Assembly: GCA_964587755.1 (NCBI GenBank)
Contig: CAZPMC010000002.1
Location: 58,514 to 122,513, forward strand
Direction of reading: 5' to 3'
DNA from: an uncultured Oscillospiraceae bacterium
GTDB lineage: Bacteria; Bacillota; Clostridia; Acetivibrionales; DTU013
Length of the DNA stretch: 64,000 bases
Part shown: positions 1 to 9,893 of the stretch, piece by piece
How the letters are laid out: every line of letters starts with the position of its first letter
Position numbering within the stretch: position 1 is the first letter of the stretch
Position numbers and translations under genes: made by a program
The notes under the pieces: model-generated
What the model saw: only the letters and a program-made list of their open reading frames with translations
What the model was told of the DNA's origin: nothing
Databases searched by the model: none

Positions 1-5
1 CATCC

Positions 6-1064
6 TCATTCTCCCCGCTTAAGTTCAATCATTTCCAGACTCACCGGGGTGCCGGATTTTATATCATACTTTGCCTTCTTCCCTATTATATCCTTTAAGT
101 ATTTTGGCTTAATTCCATATCCGGGCCTTACACTCCTGACATTTTCATTGGTTATCGTTTCGCCTTTTTTTATGTCTTTTGCAGTAAATAAGGAACGCCT
201 GAAAACAATACTTTCTTTTTCCCTTTCAGACAAGTCATAACACACTTCTCCTTTTGCCGCAACAGCCGCCCTTATGTCTCTGACCATTGCGGAAAACTCC
301 TCCGGTTCCAATGAAAAAGCAGAATCAGGGGTTTTTATTTCACGACTCAGGCAAAAATGCTTCTCAATAACGCTGGCGCCAAGGCTCACGGCCACCACGG
401 CGGCAAGGCTTCCCATAGAGTGGTCGGAAAATCCTACCGCCACACCGAAGCGTTCTTTCATATCAGGTAAAACGGCAAGGTTCATATCCGGATAGTTGGC
501 AGGATACTCACTTAAGCATTTAAGTAGCACTATCTGCGTATTTCCTTGTCCTTTGCATGCATCAACTGCATCCTGAATATCTTCAACTGAACCCAGCCCG
601 CAAGAGATTATCATTGGCTTACCTTTACCAGCCGCGTACTCTATTAAAGGAATATCCACCAACTCAAATGAAGCAATTTTAAAAAACTCAACACCTAGCT
701 CATCTAAAAAGTCAACTGCGGTCCTATCAAAGGGAGTGGACAAAAAATCCAGTCCCACTTTATCACACTCATTCTTTATAGCCGGATGCCACTCCCATGG
801 TGTATAGGCTTCCTTATATAAATCATGCAGCTTGTATCCGTCCCAAAGGCCGCCCTTGATTTTAAAATATTCATTATCACAATCAAGAGTCAGTGTATCG
901 GCAGTATAGGTCTGAATCTTCAGACAATCTGCTCCTGAGTCCTTCGTAGCCCGTACTATCTCCAAGGCATTCTCCAATTCGCCTGCGTGATTGGCCGACA
1001 TTTCAGCAATGATATATACCCCGCCGGAGTTCACTTTGTCAAATAATTTCATATTCATCACCAT
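6..1064 (-). CDS. pseI: pseudaminic acid synthase (NeuB/PseI family)
   Basis: 352-aa ORF. IAEMSANHAG...GADCLKIQTY motif is typical of PseI-type nonulosonate synthases, with a C-terminal SAF-like tail (VRSVRPGYGIKPKY). ATGGTGA start/stop overlap with the upstream ThDP-enzyme gene. ATG at 1052 is an alternative start. pseB lies in the same operon. Confidence 0.85.
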   Translation of the reverse strand: MVMNMKLFDKVNSGGVYIIAEMSANHAGELENALEIVRATKDSGADCLKIQTYTADTLTLDCDNEYFKIKGGLWDGYKLHDLYKEAYTPWEWHPAIKNECDKVGLDFLSTPFDRTAVDFLDELGVEFFKIASFELVDIPLIEYAAGKGKPMIISCGLGSVEDIQDAVDACKGQGNTQIVLLKCLSEYPANYPDMNLAVLPDMKERFGVAVGFSDHSMGSLAAVVAVSLGASVIEKHFCLSREIKTPDSAFSLEPEEFSAMVRDIRAAVAAKGEVCYDLSEREKESIVFRRSLFTAKDIKKGETITNENVRSVRPGYGIKPKYLKDIIGKKAKYDIKSGTPVSLEMIELKRGE

Positions 1065-2848
1065 AACATATTTTTATTATGCTCATCCAAATCTATAAAC
1101 GGATACAAATACTCAAGCTTTGACGAAGAAAAGGTCCCATCCGGATGTGCAATGGTTTTAGACTTTGGAATCTCGTCAAAGTTAATAGAACCCCTAACTT
1201 CACATAAAACTGGCCGGTCATTGTTCATAACTCTATCCAGTACTGAGTTAATTTCATCATTTGACCTTATTACGTAATAATCTAGCTTATATGTGCTTGC
1301 GATGGAACCCATGTCAGGAAAATCTAATCCGCATTCTTTACTGCACCCTGAGTAATTTGAATTAAAGTTGTTTCTCTGCATGGCGAAAATCGACGCATAG
1401 CCGGAGTTAGAATAGACAAAAAGCTTTATTGGCAGCTTGTATGTATTTATCAATGCTAACTCTTGAATATTGTGTTGAAGGCTTCCATCCCCCTCCATCA
1501 CTATTGTGCGTTTTTTACCGCTGGCAATACAACTGGCTATTGCGCTTGGTACACACCACCCCATTGAACCCAGACCCATTGATGTAATAAATCTTTGCCC
1601 TCTTTTTATTTTCAATGCCATATGGGATATCCCGCATGTGCGTCCTGAAGAAGAGCCGACCACTACATCCTCTGCTGTCAGGTAATCCGAAAGCTTATGG
1701 GCAAACGCAAATCCATCAACCAGACCTTCATTATCAAATGGCTGCACTTCCTTACTTAATGGATATTTGGCCTTGATATTCATACAGTAATTAAGCCAGG
1801 CATCCCTTGACTTAGTGATATACTTATCATTATTTTTTACTATTGATTCAATAAACACACCAGCATCTGCATTTATTTTTAAATCAAACGGTATTGCCGA
1901 CTTATTAATCTCATTATAATCAATGTCTACAATTACTTTGACAGCATTAGGGGCGAAATTATTTTCCGCATAAGCTGTAATAGCAGGATTAAGCCGGCTG
2001 CCGATAATAAGTAAAAAATCCGAGTTTTGAAGGACATAGTTTGAATAACGGGGAGCAGGTATGCCACAAGAACCCATAAACAACTCGTCATCGTCGCCAT
2101 AGATTCCTTTTGCCCTCCATGTAGCCAGCACAGGAATTTTAAACTCCTCCATTAATTGACGAAGTGCCTCCCCCTTGCCGCATGCAACAACACCATGTCC
2201 CATTAATATAGCCGGTCTGTCCGCATTATTTATAAAGTCAAATACTTTTGATATTACATCCTTTTCAACAGTATACTTTTTGACCAATCCTTCCGCTTCC
2301 GGGTCAAACCCTCTTAATCCACCCGGCTCAATCCGGCTCCCCTGAATATCAAGGGGAATATCGATCCAAACAGGGCCGCGTCTTCCGTGAGTTGCCAAAA
2401 ATACGGCTTTTTCAAGATGATACCTTATATCAGCTGCATCCATGACCGTAACAGCATATTTTGTTATAGGTGTAACTACAGGAACTATTGCAATTTCCTG
2501 AGCCCCGAACTGGCGTAGACCCTTTAGCTGTCCCATGTCTGCTATTTTTGTCTGACCGGATATGTACAGTACCGGATTTGAATCAACCCAGGCACCGGCA
2601 CAGCCTGTTACTGCATTTGTGGCTCCAGGACCAGTTGTCACCAGGCATGCCCCAAGATGGTTAGTATATTGGGCATAACTGTCAGCGCATATCCCTGTAG
2701 CCTGCTCATTTAAATTGAAAATCAGATTCAAGCCTTCTTGCTTTGCAACACTATCAAGCAGATGCATAATACCTCCGCCTGATATTAGGAATAAATCCTT
2801 GATGCCGTTTTCCACCAGGAATTTTGCAACATAATCCGATACTTTCAT
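1058..2848 (-). CDS. thiamine-diphosphate-dependent enzyme, acetolactate synthase large-subunit family (YerE-like candidate)
   Basis: 596-aa ORF. N-terminal Pyr domain (LVTTGPGATNAVTG) and C-terminal ThDP/Mg motif (MEGDGSLQHN...VYSNSGY). It is embedded in the sugar operon rather than next to ilv genes. Confidence 0.8.
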   Translation of the reverse strand: MKVSDYVAKFLVENGIKDLFLISGGGIMHLLDSVAKQEGLNLIFNLNEQATGICADSYAQYTNHLGACLVTTGPGATNAVTGCAGAWVDSNPVLYISGQTKIADMGQLKGLRQFGAQEIAIVPVVTPITKYAVTVMDAADIRYHLEKAVFLATHGRRGPVWIDIPLDIQGSRIEPGGLRGFDPEAEGLVKKYTVEKDVISKVFDFINNADRPAILMGHGVVACGKGEALRQLMEEFKIPVLATWRAKGIYGDDDELFMGSCGIPAPRYSNYVLQNSDFLLIIGSRLNPAITAYAENNFAPNAVKVIVDIDYNEINKSAIPFDLKINADAGVFIESIVKNNDKYITKSRDAWLNYCMNIKAKYPLSKEVQPFDNEGLVDGFAFAHKLSDYLTAEDVVVGSSSGRTCGISHMALKIKRGQRFITSMGLGSMGWCVPSAIASCIASGKKRTIVMEGDGSLQHNIQELALINTYKLPIKLFVYSNSGYASIFAMQRNNFNSNYSGCSKECGLDFPDMGSIASTYKLDYYVIRSNDEINSVLDRVMNNDRPVLCEVRGSINFDEIPKSKTIAHPDGTFSSSKLEYLYPFIDLDEHNKNMLW

Positions 2849-2888
2849 TTTGCATAATCTCCTCTTAACGAATCTATAAAAAAGAACC

Positions 2889-4346
2889 TTATTCTCTTAA
2901 AAAAACACCTAATTCTCTAAATTTACCGGTTCCAAATGTGTTACATATTTTTTCATAGCGTTTAAAGGTAGAGTTCTCCAATATCCATTTTTTCTCGAAT
3001 TCGCTCTCATTGCCTGATTCCCAGAATAACATATCCTTCGTAACGCTATCAATGGTCCTGATAAGTTCAAATGCCAGTTCCGTATGAAGATGCCAATAAA
3101 GCACTGTAAATAAAAAAGTAATATCATATTTTTCAGATTTATCTATCTCTTGAATTCCGCAGTTTATATGATTTATACCGTCACAGTATAATAATTTGTT
3201 TAAATTGCAGGCTACCTCATAGCTTGTTTTATCAATTTCAATAGCTGTAACATCAGCCCCCATACGGTACATATGCTGTGAAAAATAACAAACGTATGAA
3301 CCGGCATCAAATATCCTTTTACCCTTTACATCGATATTATTTTTATAAAAATACTCACATATTGTTTGAAGCCTTGTTTTCCCGCACTCCTCTCTCTTAC
3401 ACGGGAAGCTGAAAAATGCCGGGTGGGGTATGGGAGTATAGACAAAGCTTAAATTGCCTTCATTTATTGCATTAAGGCACGGCTCAATCCTGTCTTCATT
3501 TATCCATTTTTCATAATCCTCTTTGCTGACAGAACACATAACCTTGCCTCTATTCTTGGCAACATTATAAATTGCATACCTGAGCGAATCCTGTATGATA
3601 AAACGGCCTTTATCCCATGAGACTTTGGGCGGCAAATCATTATCTTTATTAAAATCACTATTTAATGAAAAATGCTTAAAATAATTCCTTTCTACCTCCA
3701 TCCAACGCTCCCAGTCATTGTTGATGCCATTTTTCAAGAAATAGCTTTTCAAAAAATCTGTGTTTTCCTTTCCTTCTAAAAAATTATAAAAGGGCAACAA
3801 TGGTATTGCCTGATACACTGAAATCAGCTTGTTGTTTTCTTTATAAAATAACAGTTCGGCTGGGATGAAGACCTGATATGTCCCATTCCCGGCATCTTTT
3901 ATGTAATTTTTAATATATGATTTATCTTTCTCAATTTGCTCCTTGTTTTCAATTAATATGCCCTCTATTGCCCTGCCGGCTTCCAGACAATCATAAACCT
4001 GCTTCATGCTTTCATATGAGTCTTCACATGATGCATCTGTTTTATAAATCAGATTCCTATATCCCAGTTTGTTTAGGTAAGTGGCTACAAACCTATGCTC
4101 CTGATGATTTGTTATTGCCACAATAACAACCACTGACTCTTTTTGCTCCCTTGTGATGACATCATTGTCTGGTACTAAAATTGGGATACCTAATGAATCT
4201 TTAAATTTATTTGCATCCTTATCTAAAAATGCAATAACCTTGTACCCCTGCCTTGATATAGCATTGTACAGCTGCCTCCCGATAAAGCTCGCACCATAAA
4301 TTATGAACTCTTTTTCCTTACTGATTTTAAAACTATTATTTTTCAT
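2889..4346 (-). CDS. hypothetical three-domain protein (paralogue A): N-terminal Rossmann-like module, central domain, C-terminal class I methyltransferase-like fold
   Basis: ORF 2889..4361. The ATG at 4346 is preferred (GAGG 9 nt upstream) and overlaps the stop of paralogue B as ATGAAAAATAA. N-terminus is FIIYGASFIGRQLYN...YKVIAFLDKD. The C-terminus has an FkbM-like motif I (RIFDAGSYVCYFS), an acidic beta-2 end (TAIEID) and DITFLFTVLYW. Shares KEDYEKWIN, YTPIPHPAFF and ILENSTFKRY blocks with paralogue B. Function unknown. Confidence 0.7.
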   Translation of the reverse strand: MKNNSFKISKEKEFIIYGASFIGRQLYNAISRQGYKVIAFLDKDANKFKDSLGIPILVPDNDVITREQKESVVVIVAITNHQEHRFVATYLNKLGYRNLIYKTDASCEDSYESMKQVYDCLEAGRAIEGILIENKEQIEKDKSYIKNYIKDAGNGTYQVFIPAELLFYKENNKLISVYQAIPLLPFYNFLEGKENTDFLKSYFLKNGINNDWERWMEVERNYFKHFSLNSDFNKDNDLPPKVSWDKGRFIIQDSLRYAIYNVAKNRGKVMCSVSKEDYEKWINEDRIEPCLNAINEGNLSFVYTPIPHPAFFSFPCKREECGKTRLQTICEYFYKNNIDVKGKRIFDAGSYVCYFSQHMYRMGADVTAIEIDKTSYEVACNLNKLLYCDGINHINCGIQEIDKSEKYDITFLFTVLYWHLHTELAFELIRTIDSVTKDMLFWESGNESEFEKKWILENSTFKRYEKICNTFGTGKFRELGVFLRE

Positions 4347-5781
4347 AGACCCCAACCTCAACTAATTTACCTTCAATAAATTCCATATTTAAGAAATGAT
4401 ATTTTTTAAATCCACTATTTTCAAGAATATACCTTTTTTCATATCCGGCTTCGTCAAATGACCGCCAAATAAAATACTTAGCTGATAATCTATCTATTTT
4501 TTCAAGTAAAAGCTTAGCTTCTTTCCCGGTACTTAAATCCAAAAGCATATCATTTGCCAAGATAACAATATCATATTTTGTTCCTTCGTCCAGTTCAAGA
4601 AAATCCATATTTCTCATGTCAATATCAATTGTGTTGTGTAGTTTATTCAGCATAACGGCAAGCTTAAAAAGCAAATGTCTTTTTTCTACTGAAACTATTT
4701 TCCTAACACCCATTCTTGAAAACACTTGCGAATAATATGACAGGTTTGAATTTAGATCTAATATGCGGTATCCCTCTACACTCTCCCTGCTAAAGAACTT
4801 GTACAAAGCACTGCTTGTAAGCCTGCCCCTGTTTTCGGTCACACTGTCAATATGAAAAAATCCGGGATTGATAATCGGCGTATATGTCTTTTCAATATTA
4901 TGCTCCTCCATATATTTCTTACACTTTTGTGCCCATTCACTGTTTAACCACTTGTCATAATCCTGCTTTGTAATCTTAATCGGTATAGTGTAATTAAGCA
5001 TGTTGGTAAGAAATACAGCTCTATGGTGTCCATCTGTCAAATTAAAATAACCCCTTGAATTCCATTTCGCAAATGAAGGAGAGCTTCTGAAAAACAAAAT
5101 ACCCTTTTGCCCATATTCCTTTAACATCATATCAAACAACTGGACTCTATCCTGTAAAAAGCTTTCAATGGTTCTTTCCGTTCCACACGTAATATCACAA
5201 TAGCGCAAAAAATCGTCAAAATTCTTAGTCTGCCCTTTTAGAACCAGTTCACAAACCGCATTATATTCATTTAATGCAGAAATATTTCTTTCTACTTTTG
5301 TAGCGCTAAAAATTATTGTATTTGGTACTTCTGTTACAATATACTCACCTGTTTGACAATAGTATAAGGACTTTGTATCTTCACATGCTAAATGGGTATA
5401 TGGAAATTCATAATCATCAATGCCCTCTCCATATACAAGGCTGTTATATGCCTCAAAATGCTTTTTATACATTGAATTACTACTTCTGTTAAGATAAATG
5501 ATTTTGTCGGCTCCCTTATCATAGAGAATTTTTGCTATCCTCTCCTGCTCAAGTATATTCTGGAATGTTAAAATAATTATGTGCTTCATATGTTCTTCAG
5601 TTAATTCTTCAGGAGGGATTATGGCAACACCGGGATCTATATTTAATTTATTTGCATTCTTATCAACAACCCCTGTTACTTTATAGCCTTTCTTAATTAA
5701 CTTGTTATATAGATTTCTTCCTGCTTCCCCATACCCATAAATAAGAATTAAAGCGTCTTTATTAAACTTAAATGTATTCAT
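4336..5781 (-). CDS. hypothetical three-domain protein (paralogue B): Rossmann-like N-terminus, ParB/Srx-like DGHHR segment, methyltransferase-like C-terminus
   Basis: ORF 4336..5802. The ATG at 5781 is preferred (GGAGAA 7 nt upstream) and overlaps the pseB stop by 14 nt. N-terminus is LILIYGYGEAGRNLYN...YKVTGVVDKN. Central segment is FNLTDGHHRAVFL...IPIKI (nt 5020..5034 encode DGHHR). C-terminus has RILDLNSNLSYYS, VSVEKR and DIVILANDML. Function unknown. Confidence 0.7.
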   Translation of the reverse strand: MNTFKFNKDALILIYGYGEAGRNLYNKLIKKGYKVTGVVDKNANKLNIDPGVAIIPPEELTEEHMKHIIILTFQNILEQERIAKILYDKGADKIIYLNRSSNSMYKKHFEAYNSLVYGEGIDDYEFPYTHLACEDTKSLYYCQTGEYIVTEVPNTIIFSATKVERNISALNEYNAVCELVLKGQTKNFDDFLRYCDITCGTERTIESFLQDRVQLFDMMLKEYGQKGILFFRSSPSFAKWNSRGYFNLTDGHHRAVFLTNMLNYTIPIKITKQDYDKWLNSEWAQKCKKYMEEHNIEKTYTPIINPGFFHIDSVTENRGRLTSSALYKFFSRESVEGYRILDLNSNLSYYSQVFSRMGVRKIVSVEKRHLLFKLAVMLNKLHNTIDIDMRNMDFLELDEGTKYDIVILANDMLLDLSTGKEAKLLLEKIDRLSAKYFIWRSFDEAGYEKRYILENSGFKKYHFLNMEFIEGKLVEVGVYEK

Positions 5782-6796
5782 TAGGGCGTTCTCCGCAATC
5801 AAAATACAAATTTTCTAGCTCCTTTCTCAACCCATCAACATCTAACCATTCCTTATTTGTTTCCGAATTGTACTCAAACCCCTCGTTCACCAATACCCCA
5901 TTTCCAATCCGGCTGGGCTCAAGCTTCCACCAGTCAAAATGGGGATATATGATATAATGCTTTTCATATTCATAAGTTAATCTGGAGTCATCTCCCGTAA
6001 TCATTACTTCATGCAGCTTTTCACCTTCTCTGATTCCTATTGTCAGAATCTTGGCACCCGGTAACATAGCCTCAGCCAAATCTGTTATCCTAAATGAAGG
6101 TATCTTTGAAATGTAAGTCTCGCCTCCGTTAGATTCCTCCAGAGCTTTTAAGACCAATTCAACACCGTTTTCAAGTGTAATCCAAAAACGCGTCATCCGA
6201 GTGTCGGTAATTGGCAGTTCCTTTTCTCCTCTTTCAATAATTTTTCTGAATATTGGTATGATAGAGCCACGGCTGCCGGCAACATTGCCATATCTTACAA
6301 CTGAGAATCTCGTATTGCTGATTTTACTGTACGCATTAGCAGAAATAAACAGCTTGTCCGATACCAGCTTCGTTCCTCCATACAGATTTATCGGGTTTAC
6401 AGCTTTGTCGGTAGATAGTGCCACTACCTTCTTTACACCCCTGTCGATGGCGGCATCTATTACATTTTGGGCTCCATTAATATTTGTCTTGATGGCTTCA
6501 AACGGATTGTATTCGCATGTAGGCACCTGCTTCATAGCAGCAGCATGAATAACATAATCAACCTGGTCAAAGGCTCTGTACAATCTGTCTTTATCCCTTA
6601 CATCACCTATAAAAAATCTTACATTTGACAGATCATATTTTTTTTCATATTCTGCCTTCATAACACTTTGCTTATATTCATCTCTTGAATAAATTATAAT
6701 TCTATGAGGCTTATATCTATCAAGAATCATCTCCAGAAATTTTCTGCCAAAGCTTCCTGTACCTCCAGTTATTAGTATTGTCTTTCCGTTTAGCAT
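5768..6796 (-). CDS. pseB: UDP-N-acetylglucosamine 4,6-dehydratase (inverting), PseB/FlaA1 type
   Basis: 342 aa. Motifs: ILITGGTGSFG, IIIYSRDEYKQ, catalytic YGGTKLVSDK, VRYGNVAGSRGS. Length and motifs fit PseB, and pseI is in the same operon. Confidence 0.85.
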   Translation of the reverse strand: MLNGKTILITGGTGSFGRKFLEMILDRYKPHRIIIYSRDEYKQSVMKAEYEKKYDLSNVRFFIGDVRDKDRLYRAFDQVDYVIHAAAMKQVPTCEYNPFEAIKTNINGAQNVIDAAIDRGVKKVVALSTDKAVNPINLYGGTKLVSDKLFISANAYSKISNTRFSVVRYGNVAGSRGSIIPIFRKIIERGEKELPITDTRMTRFWITLENGVELVLKALEESNGGETYISKIPSFRITDLAEAMLPGAKILTIGIREGEKLHEVMITGDDSRLTYEYEKHYIIYPHFDWWKLEPSRIGNGVLVNEGFEYNSETNKEWLDVDGLRKELENLYFDCGERPNEYI

Positions 6797-6830
6797 TTGC
6801 CTGACCTCCTTTTTGTGTTGAGTTTACAGG

Positions 6831-7733
6831 TCATTGATATAATAATGAATACATATCTATCCCTTTTTCGTTATTTTGATACCAAATATATAAGTCGCGT
6901 ATTGCATCTTCTATAGGTGTAAAAGAAAAAGTTTTCATTTCGTTTAAAAGCCTTTGATTACTTGCTGTATATTCGTTTGCTAAACCTTCCCTGCAGACAT
7001 AAATGGGTAGCTCCTTACCGCTGACTTTCTTTATGATATTTGCTAGCGAAATAAGATCTATCCTTCTTCCTGATGTCACATTATAATCCTTATACTTAAC
7101 ATCATTGCAAATAAACCATTCTACTATTCTACAAAAATCATCAATATAGAGATAATCAAAGTATACATTCTGTCTGATCGTAATGGGCAGATCCTTCACT
7201 GCCTTACAGCATGCCCCTGAGATAAAAGCCTTTTTCCAGTTCTCATACCTTCCGAACAAGCCAAATATCCGCAGATTATATATGTTTTTGCTATGTTGTA
7301 TAGATTTATTTATTATGTATTTATAAAGGCCATAATCAGTCGCGGGTATTCCGTTTCCGGCGTCTTCCTCACTGATGCTGCAAATTCCATTGCGTTTATC
7401 AAATTCAGCACCTGAACCGAAATACAACATTTTTCCGAATAGGCTCTGATATCTCTCAAAATTGAAAAACATTCGCAGGTTTTTATCCAATTCCTTTGAT
7501 GGATCTTTTGTAGCATCTGCTCTTGGATTGTACACACCAGCATGTATTATTACATCATAATACTGTTTTTCAAGCATCTCTTTCACAGCTTGTTCATCTG
7601 ATACATCTAATTTGCCGCTTGCCGGTGCAAATATCTCATATGAATCCTCTTTCTTCTCCAAAAACTCCTTAAGATTGCGTCCTATAAACCCTGACCCGCC
7701 AATCAGCAAAATTTTCCTCATAATTCTCACCAT
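6831..7733 (-). CDS. NAD(P)-dependent extended SDR (sugar nucleotide 4-ketoreductase/epimerase type)
   Basis: 300 aa. LLIGGSGFIGRNL glycine motif and catalytic YGLYK (YxxxK). ATGGTGA overlap with the rfbF stop; an alternative ATG is at 7721. Size resembles CDP-abequose/paratose synthases, but specificity cannot be read from the sequence. Confidence 0.7.
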   Translation of the reverse strand: MVRIMRKILLIGGSGFIGRNLKEFLEKKEDSYEIFAPASGKLDVSDEQAVKEMLEKQYYDVIIHAGVYNPRADATKDPSKELDKNLRMFFNFERYQSLFGKMLYFGSGAEFDKRNGICSISEEDAGNGIPATDYGLYKYIINKSIQHSKNIYNLRIFGLFGRYENWKKAFISGACCKAVKDLPITIRQNVYFDYLYIDDFCRIVEWFICNDVKYKDYNVTSGRRIDLISLANIIKKVSGKELPIYVCREGLANEYTASNQRLLNEMKTFSFTPIEDAIRDLYIWYQNNEKGIDMYSLLYQ

Positions 7734-8500
7734 ACCTTCCAGGGTGCCTGGTTAGAATGCCACAGATTTTCCAGTATGTTTTTGTCCCGGATTGTATCCA
7801 TTGGACGCCAGAAACCATAATGCTTGTATGACATCAATTGCTTTTCGGCCGCTAGATTCTCAAGAGGCTCCTTCTCCCATATGGTTTCATCCCCGGAAAT
7901 GTAATCAAATATCTTCGGTTCCAGCACAAAAAAACCCCCATTAATCCAACTGCCGTCACCAACCGGTTTTTCAACAAAGGATGCCACTTCATCCTTTTCG
8001 TTAATATTAGCCAAGCCAAAACGTGCCGGTGGCCGTACCGCTGTAAGAGTTGCTAACCGCCTGTTTTTCTGATGAAATTCTATCAGTGCATTGATATCAA
8101 TATTGCCTACACCATCCCCATATGTCAGCATAAAGGTTTCATTCCCGATATACTCCTGTATACGCTTAACCCTTCCGCCTGTCATGGTGTGAAGTCCAGT
8201 ATCCACAAGTGTGACTTTCCATGGTTCCGCTATGTTGTTGTGAACCGTCATGCTATTCCCGCATGCAAAATCGAATGTAACATCACAGTTGTTCAGATAA
8301 TAATTTGCAAACCACTGCTTTATTACATTCTGCTTATAACCACAACAGATTATAAATTCATTGAAGCCATAAAAAGTGTATATTTTCATTATGTGCCACA
8401 GAACCGGCTTGTCTCCGATTTCTACCATAGGCTTAGGTATTAAGTGACTTTCCTCAGAAATCCGTGTTCCGAACCCGCCTGCCAATATAACTACCTTCAT
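7727..8500 (-). CDS. rfbF: glucose-1-phosphate cytidylyltransferase
   Basis: ORF 7727..8527. The ATG at 8500 is preferred (AGGGAG 6 nt upstream) and gives 257 aa. MKVVILAGGFGTRISEES...PKPMVEIG and YGFWRPMDT are typical of RfbF/DdhA. Confidence 0.88.
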   Translation of the reverse strand: MKVVILAGGFGTRISEESHLIPKPMVEIGDKPVLWHIMKIYTFYGFNEFIICCGYKQNVIKQWFANYYLNNCDVTFDFACGNSMTVHNNIAEPWKVTLVDTGLHTMTGGRVKRIQEYIGNETFMLTYGDGVGNIDINALIEFHQKNRRLATLTAVRPPARFGLANINEKDEVASFVEKPVGDGSWINGGFFVLEPKIFDYISGDETIWEKEPLENLAAEKQLMSYKHYGFWRPMDTIRDKNILENLWHSNQAPWKVW

Positions 8501-8552
8501 GCTTATCTCCCTCTCAAAGTTATTCACTAATAACAGGGGCTTTAAAAAATGT

Positions 8553-9893
8553 CTAGCTTCTATGAATAGATTCCCTTATAGCCTGAGCTATATAATCAAT
8601 CATTTCATCTGACATTCCGGGGTAAATACCAACCCAGAAACTATTCGACATAATAATATCAGTTTCCTCCAATCCCCCCACAATTCTGTACCCCTCCTGC
8701 TTTTTTCTCATTTCATCAAAGCAAGGATGTCTTGTAAGATTCCCTGCGAAAAGCATTCTAGTCTGAACACCTTTGGACTCAATATGCTGTACCACCTTAT
8801 TTCTGTTTATCCCGTCCCTTAATGTAATTAAAAACCCGAACCACGATGGCTTGGAATCCGGACACGCTTCAGGCAATATCAGCCGGTCTTCCTCATCTGA
8901 AAGGGCAGTCTTTAATCTGTCGAAGTTGTGTCTTCTTTTTTCGACAAATGAATGAATTTTCTTTAGCTGGGCACAGCCAATGGCTGCCTGCATGTCGGTT
9001 GCTTTGAGATTATAACCGAAATGGGAATATACATATTTATGGTCATAGCCAAGGGGCAGTTCACCGTACTGTCTGTCAAAACGATGCCCACAGAGGTTGT
9101 CGCTGCCGGACGGGCAGACACAATCACGGCCCCAATCACGGAAGGAACGGATTACCTTATTAAGTAAAGGGTTATCCGTATAAACTGCTCCGCCTTCTCC
9201 CATTGTCATATGGTGCGCAGGATAAAAGCTGCTTGTACCTATATCCCCAAATGTTCCTGTCATTTTGGTCACACCGTTCATTGTGTACAGTGAACCCAGC
9301 GCATCACAGTTATCCTCTATCAACCACAGGCTGTGTTTATTGCAGAATTCTTTCACCCCGCTTATGTCAAATGGATTTCCCATGGTGTGTGCAATCATTA
9401 CAGCCTTTGTCTTATCCGAGCACGCTTCCGCAAGCTTTGATACGTCGATATTGTACTGTGGGATAGTCACATCGACAAAAACCGGAACAGCACCAAATTG
9501 AATAATTGGTGTTACAGTAGTAGGGAAGCCTGCAGCAACTGTTATGACCTCATCCCCATGTTTGATCGCTCTATCTGCCAGCAGCGGGGAAGTAAGCGCA
9601 CTAAACGCAATTAAGTTAGCAGAGGAACCTGAGTTGACAAGTGTGCAGTACTTAATGCCAAGATACTTAGCAAATTCCTTTTCAAATTGTTCCGTATATC
9701 TTCCGCAGGTTAGCCAAAATTCTAGTGAACTATCTACCAAATTAACTACTTCTTCATGATCGTAGACTCTTTTCGCATACGGAATTTTATCGCCATCTTG
9801 ATATGACATCCTTATATGGAATGCCTTACAATATTCTTCAACCAACTTGAGTATTTCTTCTCTTGCTTGGGATTCGTTTTTATTTTCAAACAT
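8553..9893 (-). CDS. rfbH: CDP-6-deoxy-4-keto-hexose 3-dehydrase (E1, RfbH/DdhC/AscC type; PMP and Fe-S dependent)
   Basis: 446-aa DegT-fold protein. The Schiff-base Lys is replaced by His (SFYPAHHMTMGEGG, H227/H228). Cys cluster is C196...C258-x-C260-x7-C268 (RDCVCPSGSDNLC). The start abuts the rfbG stop (TAAATG). Confidence 0.88.
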   Translation of the reverse strand: MFENKNESQAREEILKLVEEYCKAFHIRMSYQDGDKIPYAKRVYDHEEVVNLVDSSLEFWLTCGRYTEQFEKEFAKYLGIKYCTLVNSGSSANLIAFSALTSPLLADRAIKHGDEVITVAAGFPTTVTPIIQFGAVPVFVDVTIPQYNIDVSKLAEACSDKTKAVMIAHTMGNPFDISGVKEFCNKHSLWLIEDNCDALGSLYTMNGVTKMTGTFGDIGTSSFYPAHHMTMGEGGAVYTDNPLLNKVIRSFRDWGRDCVCPSGSDNLCGHRFDRQYGELPLGYDHKYVYSHFGYNLKATDMQAAIGCAQLKKIHSFVEKRRHNFDRLKTALSDEEDRLILPEACPDSKPSWFGFLITLRDGINRNKVVQHIESKGVQTRMLFAGNLTRHPCFDEMRKKQEGYRIVGGLEETDIIMSNSFWVGIYPGMSDEMIDYIAQAIRESIHRS

